Below, piece by piece: positions 9,610-18,364 of a stretch of DNA of 64,000 nucleotides. The position numbers were made by a program, and so were the translations under genes. A model generated the notes under the pieces. It saw only the letters and a list, made by a program, of their open reading frames with translations, was not told where the DNA came from and searched no databases. Position 1 is the first letter of the stretch. Each line of letters begins with the position of its first letter. The DNA comes from an uncultured bacterium (GTDB lineage: Bacteria > Acidobacteriota > HRBIN11 > JAKEFK01): the NCBI GenBank assembly GCA_963777505.1, contig CAVZQN010000008.1, forward strand, positions 1 to 64,000. Direction: 5' to 3'.

Positions 9610-12344
9610 CTACATTCCATTGCCAATCAAGACGAACGCTGCCCAAAAGAATGGATGTCGATAATGATCTTGCTTGTATACTTGTAGTGCAGCGCTACGT
9701 AAAGCTTCCGCTTTCGATTCGGACTTCAATTTCTCGTGAAACGTCAGCATAAATTCCGTAGTGCTTGCCGAATCTACCTTCCACTGGCTTACTACCGCGG
9801 TAGAAGTACCCGCTACAAAAAATGCCCATGACAGACCGATCATCCCTTCACCTTGACCCACTTTTCCAAGCGCGCTTTCGCAGGAGGACAATACAACGAG
9901 ATCTGCATTCAAGTTCATATTTAGAATCTCGCGCGCTTCCAGCAAACCATCTTCTTCCTCCCCGGTTCCTGTTTGTGCAAGAACGATCTGAGAATACATA
10001 GGTGACGAATCGTTCAGAAGGCTGTGAGTCGCCAAATGCAAAATGCGAAATTGGCTCGCTTCTGTTTTAAATCGGCTTTCCTGGAGCATCCGCCCGAATG
10101 TAAATTTTACTCTGTTGGTTCCCATAAAGTCGTCCCAGTGTTTTTGCCTCTTTCTCAGCTTCCGGAAGAGGACTTAGATTGCTATCCCTAAAGATGGATT
10201 TCAATTGATCCAGAGTGTTCTTTCCCAGGGCAGGATTTCCGAACGCGAGCAGATTCATCGGCTTAGAAATCATCTGTTTTTTCTCCAGATTCATCATTTC
10301 CTTTAGGACGGTCAGTGAGGGAACAAAACTCACGGTTGTCTCTTGCAGCAAATATCGATTCCCTGGCGTAATCAATGCCTGAAAGGGAAGTTCCCAAAGC
10401 AAGTCATCGGGAACGATAACCAGTTTTGTTATCCGTTTCAATTCTTGAGCCGCCGGACGAATTAAAGTATTGTATAGCTCTGCCGCCGGGATTCGGAATC
10501 CCAGATCACGATTCGCGATTTTCTCACGGAAGTCTCTAATTTTGTTTGAAACTGTTTCTCGCTGAACGCGAATTTTGTGCACAGAAACCGCGTTTTCTCT
10601 GGTAAGAACGAACAAGAAAGTTGCCTCCTCAGTGACTACGTATTCAAGAAAGGCGGTTTGAGAATCCGGCAAAAAATCGATTGCGGTTTTGGCGAATAAT
10701 GGCGAAGTTTCGCCGCGTTTGACTTTGAGTTCGGGATGCGCAGCATAGAGTTGTGCACGGCCGCTTCCCACTTGAGACGCGTCTTTTGCAATTTCTCGCT
10801 GAGGCTTGTGAGCAATACCTGATCGGAATTGGTATTTGAAGAAGCACGTTGAATCTCTTTATTAATAGATACCAGTTCCTGATTTAACTTTTTGCTCCGC
10901 AGTTGTTCCTGGGAAGAGAGGGAACCTGAAATCTCGACCTTCCCGCTGCGAAGGACATCGAGAAGTACTCGTGCCTTAGCGCGTTCAGAGTATTCCAGGG
11001 CCTGGGTGGTAAGATTCTGATTGATTAAAAGGCTGATCATTTCATGATAAGGAGATAGTTTTTCTGCGAAAAGGCTCTGCTGTTCCAATTCTGCGCCGGC
11101 AACAAGGTATCGCCAGTCCTCAATTGTGGCAATTGCTTCTTCAAAATTCTGTCGGGCTTTATCCGGCTGCTGCAATGCAGAGTATGCTTTTCCCCTCGCT
11201 TCCAAGCCTGTCCAAAGCAATTGTCGATCGCCGATTTTACGCGCAGTCAGGACGGCAAGTTCGGCGTATTCCAGGGATTTTTCGTAGTTTCCCTTCATGA
11301 AGTATGCGTTTGCGAGAGCTTTTGACTGCTTGCTTCAACCTCCGAATAGCCTAATTTTTTGGTCAGCGGCATACATTTCAAACCGTACTTCAGAGTGCGT
11401 TCCGCATCACCTTTTTTAAGATAGATATTTCCGATGTTAATCAATGCGCGCGCGCGACGAGACGTTGGTCTCCTAATTCTTCAGCCAGAGCTAAGCTTCT
11501 GTTGTTGTATTCAAGCGCCAAGTCATAGTCTCCCAGCAGGCGATAATCTCCCATGTTACTCATGACATTTGCGATATTGGCTTTATCCCCTAGTTCTTCG
11601 CGAATTTTCAAGCTTTTGCGATATAACTCAAGCGCATGTGCATAGTTACCTTGTGAATCGTGGATAATCGCTATGTTATTCAGGCTATCGGCGATTAGGC
11701 GTTGATTACCGATTTCATTTCTTAATGCCAGACCTTTCTCAAGATAGCCCAACGCAACTCGAAAGTTTCCCTGGTGCATGTAAAGCTGATCCGATGTTGC
11801 TTAAGTTTGACGCAATATGTCCATTGTCCTGGAGTGCTTCGCCGATCGCAAGACTTGCTTGATAAGCCTCGAGAGACTTGTCGATGTTACCTAGATGGAA
11901 TTCTGAAACACCTATGCTTCGTAAGGTGCTTGCTTTCAGACTCTCGTCTTCGATTTGCTCTGCAATGGCTAAAGTTTGTTTGAAATAATCTAGTGCTAGA
12001 TTCGAGTCGCCCTGGTCAGAACGACGATGCAATCAGCGGATTGCGTGCGCCACTCCTGCTTTATCGCCTAGTTGCGTCGACACGTTTTGTGTCAATTTAG
12101 AAAACTTCCAGCGCCTTTGAGAATTCACCATAAATTAGTAGTTGTTCCCCTTCAATGATCAAAGCTTTTCGCAGCTCTACTGTTAACAAGATTTTGTTGG
12201 TAGCCAACAATTGATTTCGTTCCTGTTCCTATTTCGTTTTTATTAGCGAGATGGCCATTCTTTTTCTAGCGAATTTTTTTCCTGAGCAGAGGCTGGAATT
12301 AGAAAGAGTAAGAATAGAAGAATGAGAGGAAGGACAAATCTCAT
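9610..12344 (-). CDS. Secreted TPR-CHAT protease 2 (about six frameshifts; assembly error or pseudogene)
   Basis: ATG 12344 with signal peptide MRFVLPLILLFLLFLIPASA. TPR fragments 11739..12032, 11441..11779 and 10636..11298. CHAT fragments 10067..10771 and 9610..10125 (ILHLATHS, LSSCESA, HPFFWAAFVLIG). Clear paralog of 4622..7575. Confidence 0.85.
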
Positions 12345-12456
12345 TTGACCTCTTTTCCCTTCGCAAGCGGGAGAGTGATAACAAAACCAATTATACAAAA
12401 TTCTTGCATTTACGGGTTTCAGACAACTCTTCAGTCTGTCCAGTATTTTTATGATT

Positions 12457-12488
12457 GGTAATATCCACACCATCTCATCTCTCCAATA
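12457..12488 (+). promoter_or_regulatory. Island promoter motif copy
   Basis: GGTAATA-tccacaccatctcatct(17)-CTCCAATA-acattgaaggc. Confidence 0.72.
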
Positions 12489-12559
12489 ACATTGAAGGCG
12501 GAACATCTTTTTGGGAGTTCGCTGGTTCTATCAAAATGACGAAGAAAGGAGGGTTAAAA

Positions 12560-13109
12560 ATGAGATTCAATTCAAAAGCGGTTTTCGTTTTCACGTTGAT
12601 TGCTGGCTTATGGGGAGCGATCGATACCATGGCCCAACCCATTGAATGTTCCAGTTCAGTGCAAAAGGTCACAGCGGTGACGGACCCAGCGGGTCACGTA
12701 ATCACCACGAAGTTTCAACTCGATGTCCCGAATCTTCAGACCTTGCTCACAACGACAATCAACACGAGACGAGGTTGTCTTGTAGTGCACTTGAGCGGGT
12801 TGGCCAGGATTACGGATAATTACATCGTCTTCCAGGTTCGTGTGGATGGGGTTCCGATGCAAGGCCATCTTAGTAGTGCTTGCAGGGGTCAACACTCCTG
12901 CGGTCTTTGTCTCGATTGACGCGTTAAGTGACTTTCCATGGAATGACGAGCAATTCATTGATCCGACGAAGGTGGTCGCCTACAATTTCTTTAACGCAGT
13001 GGAACGAGGCAACCACACCGTCGAGGTGTTGGCCGCTGCAGGCAGTGGCATTGATTCCCTCAACCCCCCTCGAGTGGACAATCTAGTGCTGACGCTTGAA
13101 TATCGTTAG
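12560..13109 (+). CDS. Secreted hypothetical beta-rich protein (one frameshift near 12870-12890)
   Basis: AAGGAGG SD and signal peptide. ORFs 12455..12919 and 12840..13109 join into one coherent protein ending LVLTLEYR. Confidence 0.65.
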
Positions 13110-13118
13110 GGGGCCAAT

Positions 13119-14429
13119 ATGCGAGCTGTAATTGCACGATGCCTGATAGTTATTCTCACCTGCCTTGCCGGTGAGGTAGATGCCCAGGAAAATCAGTTAT
13201 CAACGATCATTTGGGCCGGAGGACTCATCGATGGGACCGGAAAGACGGTTCGAAAAGACGTTATCATCGTGATACGGGATGAACGAATCGTCGAGATACG
13301 AAACGCCAACACCGGTGAAATTCCCCAAGCGGCTGACGCCACCGTTTTGGATCTCCGTAATTCTTCGTTCTCCCGGGACTGATCGACGTACATGCACACA
13401 TCACCCAGAGCCACGATCCAAAGCTCGACTACGGAGGGCTCTCGGCGGCGTCGTGCGGCATCCTCGGCGTAGTTCACGCAAAGCGCACCCTTATGGCCGG
13501 ATTCACCACAGTGCGGGATCCCGCCGGTCCGTATTATGCCGACGTCGCTGTGCGGGATGCAATCAACGCCGGTTTGATTGAAGGGCCGCGGATGTTCGTG
13601 AGTGGTCCAGTCATCACGATGACGGGAGGGCACGGCGCGGTCGGAAACTGGGCGCCGCCAGGAGTGGAGGTCCGGACCGGCGCGATGTCGGTGGCGGATG
13701 GTGTCGACGAAGTCCAACGTGAAGTACGCATCCATCAGAAGTACGGCGTCGATTTCATCAAAATCATCGCGACAGGTGGCATATTTACGGCCCGTTCCGA
13801 TCCAGGCGCGGCCTCATACACTCAGGAAGAAATTGAAGCGGCGGTCGACGAGGCTCGGAAACGAGGTCAGCGAGTTGCGGCGCATGCGCACGGCCTTGAA
13901 GGCATCCGCAATGCGGTGCTGGCTGGAGTTCATTCGATCGAGCACGGAAGTTTTTTGGATGCCGCAACCGCGAAGCTCATGGTCGAACGCGGCACGTACC
14001 TGGTACCGGATGTCGTATGCGGACGAGTACACGCTGATGTCCGGGGAAGAGCTCGGCCTCGATCCTGAAATGCTAAAGGCTCGCGCGGTTAGCACCCGGT
14101 TTCGTGAAAGCGCAACGCTGGCTTACAAAGCCGGAGTCAAGATCGCGTTCGGGAGCGACGCCGGCGTTTATCCCCACGGGGAGAACTCGAAGCAATTTGC
14201 GTTATATGTCGCATTCGGAATGTCGCCGATGGAAGCGATCACGACCGCTACGCGAAACGCCGCGGATCTTATCGGAAGCGGCGACATTGGAACTATCGAG
14301 GTCGGAAATTACGCAGATCTTATTGCCGTCCCGAGCAATCCGCTCGATGACATTCGTGTGCTAGAGACCATCCCATTTGTCATGAAGGGCGGACGCGTTG
14401 TGAAAAATGAGACGTCTGCGCTCCCTTAA
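13119..14429 (+). CDS. Secreted metal-dependent amidohydrolase (Xaa-Pro dipeptidase-like), two frameshifts
   Basis: Signal peptide; DVHAH near 13386; GFTTVRD, FIKII, AHAHG, SIEHG, FGSDAG and ADLIAV motifs across ORFs 13119, 13493 and 13698. Confidence 0.85.
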
Positions 14430-14464
14430 AACAAATTTCTCTGGATCATCTTCCTAATTGCTCT

Positions 14465-14496
14465 GGTAATATGTCCACCCGTTCCTTTCTCCAGTA
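14465..14496 (+). promoter_or_regulatory. Island promoter motif copy
   Basis: GGTAATA-tgtccacccgttccttt(17)-CTCCAGTA-attgtgaaggc. Confidence 0.72.
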
Positions 14497-14533
14497 ATTG
14501 TGAAGGCCGAACATCCTTCCAAGGAGTAAAGAA

Positions 14534-15608
14534 ATGAATACTATTCGATTCTTCACAATTACCATTTTGATACTTGCAACAATTGCTATAGGTTCCACCG
14601 AAGCCACTGACTACATTATTAGTTTTACGGATGGTTCCAACCGTGTTGGGTACTTCGTACTGAAAGCTAATGGAGCTAGTATCAAAGCTTCTCCACCGGT
14701 ATTTACTACAGGTACCGCGGCGATCGGCACAACAACTCCGTATAAACTGAACAACGACGTTCTGATCCATCATACTTTTCGATTTGGCACGAGTGGTGCA
14801 CCAACCTACGGTGTCGCAGTGTTTGATTTCCCGAATGGAAAGCTGAAACAGAAGTTGTCATTTCAGAATTTCAACATTTATGACTTCTATCCTTTGAGAG
14901 TTTATGGTGCTCAGAACGGAAGCACGCCTCGAACCATGTACGCTAAGACTCAAAACGACATCAGTTCCGCACTGTTGAAGGCAGATGGAACTCCTGCAGG
15001 CGGAAAGAAGCCGATTTTTAATAATGCCGGCTGCGTCCGATATCGTGTTTGGTGCAGATGTATCCAAAGATGGAAACTGGGCTGTTCAAGCCATGTCTAC
15101 ATTGCAAGGCTTTACTCGTTTAAACCAGTTCCAGATCAGGCGTATTTCAAACGGAGGCGGAACCGGATCAGCTGGCCATTATAACGATTCCTGTCCCTCC
15201 ATATACTCCGAGCCTCTCGGGACCTATTGCATCATCCGGCGGCGTATTTCGCTGGCTTGGATTCCGAATTTTCGGAATCGGCACCTCAAGTCAACAAAGT
15301 GCGGTATTCATCGGAAAGATTGACAATGCGACAGGCAGGCACATTGGTCAACCCAAGCAAGTAACGAATCTTGCTCGAGCCTCGAGAGATCCGCAGAAAG
15401 TTTCCCTTCAGTTGTAGTTGCTCCTGATGGAAATTTTGTTATTTATACTGCTTACAGTACTTCCTGTAGAAAGCAAATTCTATTACTGCAAAGAATCAAC
15501 CCTCAAACCGGCAATAAGATCGAAGGAAAGAAAACTCTGATCGGTTGCAATCAACTTACGAATATTGTGATCGGGCTCTACGGAATTGACTTAGCGCGGA
15601 TCGGATAA
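14534..15608 (+). CDS. Secreted protein with TolB/PD40-like beta-propeller motifs (several frameshifts)
   Basis: Signal peptide MNTIRFFTITILILATIAIGSTEA; later frames give VSKDGNWAV and VAPDGNFVIY...GIDLARIG* (stop 15606-15608). Confidence 0.55.
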
Positions 15609-15631
15609 TTTCAAATCATTCTTGCTGAATT

Positions 15632-15663
15632 GGTAATATGCCCGCCGTCTTGTCTCTCAAGTA
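15632..15663 (+). promoter_or_regulatory. Island promoter motif copy
   Basis: GGTAATA-tgcccgccgtcttgtct(17)-CTCAAGTA-actgtgatggc. Confidence 0.72.
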
Positions 15664-15728
15664 ACTGTGATGGCGAATGTCCCTTTGGAAGTTCGGCACG
15701 TTGAAACAAATTAGAAGGAGAAACGAAA

Positions 15729-16049
15729 ATGAAAATCATGGCAAGAAACCAGATTGAATATGGAGGACCTAATTCAGCAGATGTTCCCGATACCAAAACA
15801 CCGAATGAGATTTCTGCAATGGGTCCGCTGGGAATTGGAGTAGGAGAGCTACAAAAGAAGCTAGGAATTGGAGGTACTAAAGACTCTTTTGCGACGGGTA
15901 GGAGTATCACGGACGGAACCAGCCGTCTAATTCAACAAGGGATCATACTGCAAAAGGATAAGGATGTGGCATTCGCAGATGGAAGCGTAAAGGTTAGTAA
16001 TGATCTGCAGAACGATCTTCAGAACATCAAAAAAGGAGAATTAAAATGA
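15729..16049 (+). CDS. Small motif-mosaic protein (EYGGP leader; GIGVGELQ, SITDGTS, GIILQ, VAFADGSVK)
   Basis: 106-aa ORF with AAGGAG SD; stop overlaps the next ATG (ATGA). Confidence 0.7.
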   Translation: MKIMARNQIEYGGPNSADVPDTKTPNEISAMGPLGIGVGELQKKLGIGGTKDSFATGRSITDGTSRLIQQGIILQKDKDVAFADGSVKVSNDLQNDLQNIKKGELK

Positions 16050-16627
16050 AGTTCAAACTATTTTGTCTATCAATTTTGTTCTTGATCAGTGCAGGTACGA
16101 TTTGCTCTGCAGACAATACTCACATGGAAGTCGAACCTGCCAACTTTGTCACATTAGAATGGCACTGCGACGCAACCCAATTGGGAAGCTGCAGGTTTAT
16201 GAGATCTTCACCCGATGGCAGTAATCAAGGAGGTTTCATTATCCCTGATCGTTCGGTTTTTGTAGTAACAGAATTTGAGTGGAAATATAAATTGGGACCA
16301 TTTCCGTTGATCGGTTTTGAAACTGATCTTCTCTTTTTTGAATTACAAAGAGTAGGCGGACCTGGTCAGATCAATTCGCCCGCAACATCGAACGAGTCAA
16401 CAAAAAACCTAAACTGTGGCGAAAATCTGTTTTGCGCAGTGGCAGTTGGGGGCGAGCAAATGACGACGGGATTTGTCGTGGCGCAAGGTGCGCATCTTTC
16501 ACCTCTTGTAGAATCTCTAGCTACAGGTTTGCCACTGAGCCGTGACTCGGAGTTTTTACAAGTTAGAATCCGCGGCTATTTGGTGGCTCCATCTTGCGGT
16601 TCCCTGGTTTTCATCCGTGCCCTGTAA
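16046..16627 (+). CDS. Secreted hypothetical protein
   Basis: 193-aa ORF; signal peptide MKFKLFCLSILFLISAGTICSA; AAGGAG SD. Confidence 0.7.
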   Translation: MKFKLFCLSILFLISAGTICSADNTHMEVEPANFVTLEWHCDATQLGSCRFMRSSPDGSNQGGFIIPDRSVFVVTEFEWKYKLGPFPLIGFETDLLFFELQRVGGPGQINSPATSNESTKNLNCGENLFCAVAVGGEQMTTGFVVAQGAHLSPLVESLATGLPLSRDSEFLQVRIRGYLVAPSCGSLVFIRAL

Positions 16628-16653
16628 GATAGGAAAACGATTTTCGACTAAAA

Positions 16654-16688
16654 GAAGGCCAGATAGTTACGCGATCTGTCTGGCCTTC
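16654..16688 (+). terminator. Hairpin terminator closing the cassette series
   Basis: GAAGGCCAGATAG...CTGTCTGGCCTTC stem just after the 16627 stop. Confidence 0.55.
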
Positions 16689-16714
16689 CACTGTTGATCT
16701 TCAGAAACGTTTTC

Positions 16715-16768
16715 TTAACTCTGCGTACTCGGCGTTAAAAAAGCCATCACCAAAAATTAAGGCCGGGC
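16715..16768 (+). repeat. ~54-bp direct repeat, copy 1 (copy 2 at 18277-18330)
   Basis: ttaactctgcgtactcggcgttaaaaaagccatcaccaaaaattaaggccgggc versus ttgactcggcgtactcggcgttaaaaaagcttcaccaaaaaattaaggccgggc. Confidence 0.8.
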
Positions 16769-16779
16769 GCGGGATCGAT

Positions 16780-18196
16780 TCAATTTGCTACCAAGAATCG
16801 AAGTTTGCGGTTGCGACTTTCAGAAATACACAAGATCCATTTTCCCATCGTTGTCCCAATCGCCTGATGATACTGCGATCGGTACTTCACCAATTTCGAA
16901 TTGGATTGCATCATCGAATTCGGAGCCAGCTTTGCCTAGCGAGATTGTGAGTATATCTGTAATACTGCTGGTTGTAATAAGATCCAGGTCCCCATCCTGG
17001 TTCATATCAGCCAGATGTAAATAGTCTGCAGAAACATGAATTCTTTGATTGTTATAAAAGCCGTTGCGCCCACAACAAGATAAATTGATTACACTTCCAA
17101 AACCCACTGTTGTCGGAATATCGGATATTCCATTGCGATCTAAATCTCCAGCAACAATAGTAAATGGAGGCGTCGTTTTATGCCCGACTACCGGAACCAA
17201 AGTACTGCCTCCCTCTTTCGTTCCGATAATGAAAATAACATTACCACTCTGATCCGCAACAAGCAGGTCTGGAAGTTGATCTCCATCTACACTTGTGATC
17301 GTTACATCAGTAAATGATGCGGTAAAGGGTTGCATATTAATTCGAGATTCAGTGAAACCAAGTTTTCCATCACCATAATAAAGACAGACAGAATCAAGCA
17401 ATCCGGATACAGCAAGGTCCAAATTGCCATCACGGTCTATATCCCCAGCGGCAATGGATAATGGACCATCACAAGCATCACGGATTCCAGTCCGTTTAAG
17501 ATTCCCCTTTCCATCACCTAAAAGAATCGTCATTCCGCCAGCCGCATGATCACTTGAAGCCCAACCTATTACAGCAATGTCAGTAAACCCATCATTATTA
17601 AAATCTCCAGGTGCGAGAGCCATCGCTGACATTTGCACAGCTAATCTACGAATCTTCTTCTGAAGACGATTGGATTCGCTTGGAACAATTGAAATGATTC
17701 CGTGATTTGATTGTTCCGTTGTATTTATTTGAAGCAGTTCGGAAAGTTTGTCTCGATTCAACCTTGCAGTTACTAATTTTGCAAAAGAGCCGGGATAGTA
17801 TCCAGAAGGTAATTCAAACAATTGACTAAAGGCTAAGGGAGAACCCTTTGAACTAATATAGTAAGTTGCCCTGGAATCTGTTGCGATCCCTTTTATGGCT
17901 ACTTTTCGGCTAACTGGATTTACAAATGGATCGATAAGGATACGCACACGAATGAAACTCAGATTCAGATTCTTGCGATCTTCATCGATGCGTTCCTCAA
18001 TCGATGCTACGGTGATTCCCGCGCCAAAGGAAATCTTTGATGCGTCTAAATTTTGAGGGACATCAAAAGCAACGATTCTCACTGTAAGGGATTCACCAGG
18101 CGTTCCGTAGTTCGGAGCTACGCCAAGTATCGATCCACCATAAACACAAGTTGAAACAAATAAGAAAAATACCAACAGTACCGATTTCACATTCAT
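16780..18196 (-). CDS. Secreted FG-GAP/VCBS repeat protein (probable frameshift in last codons)
   Basis: Signal peptide; repeated GDFNNDGFTDIAV, GDIDRDGNLDLAV, ADMNQDGDLDLI and GDWDNDGKMDL motifs. Confidence 0.85.
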
Positions 18197-18215
18197 TAGT
18201 ATATAAAAATTTCTT

Positions 18216-18265
18216 GCAGGCAAGATGCCTGCGGTCCCTAATGCGGACAAGATGTCCGCGCTCCC
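18216..18265. repeat. Tandem REP-like palindromes
   Basis: GCAGGCAAGATGCCTGC and GCGGACAAGATGTCCGC. Confidence 0.6.
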
Positions 18266-18276
18266 TATTTAAAAAA

Positions 18277-18348
18277 TTGACTCGGCGTACTCGGCGTTAA
18301 AAAAGCTTCACCAAAAAATTAAGGCCGGGCAGCGGACGCTACCCGGCC
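18277..18348. repeat. Direct repeat copy 2, overlapping the terminator hairpin of the radical SAM gene
   Basis: GGCCGGG...CCCGGCC hairpin followed on the minus strand by a U-tract. Confidence 0.7.
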
Positions 18349-18364
18349 ATTATGTAAAGTTGCT

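Noticed and set aside
4622-12344. TPR-CHAT as a type III-E CRISPR (Craspase) component
   Set aside because: No Cas7-11, Csx30/31 or array in the window, and both proteases have signal peptides.
9286-15663. Repeated motif as integron attC sites
   Set aside because: No RYYYAAC/GTTRRRY ends or long palindrome and no integrase; the fixed spacer and upstream position fit a promoter better.
9390-16049. EYGGP ORFs as RiPP precursors with double-glycine leaders
   Set aside because: No modifying enzyme or C39 peptidase transporter nearby, and GG followed by Pro is atypical. The radical SAM at 18.4-20.3 kb is Tes-like and separately transcribed.
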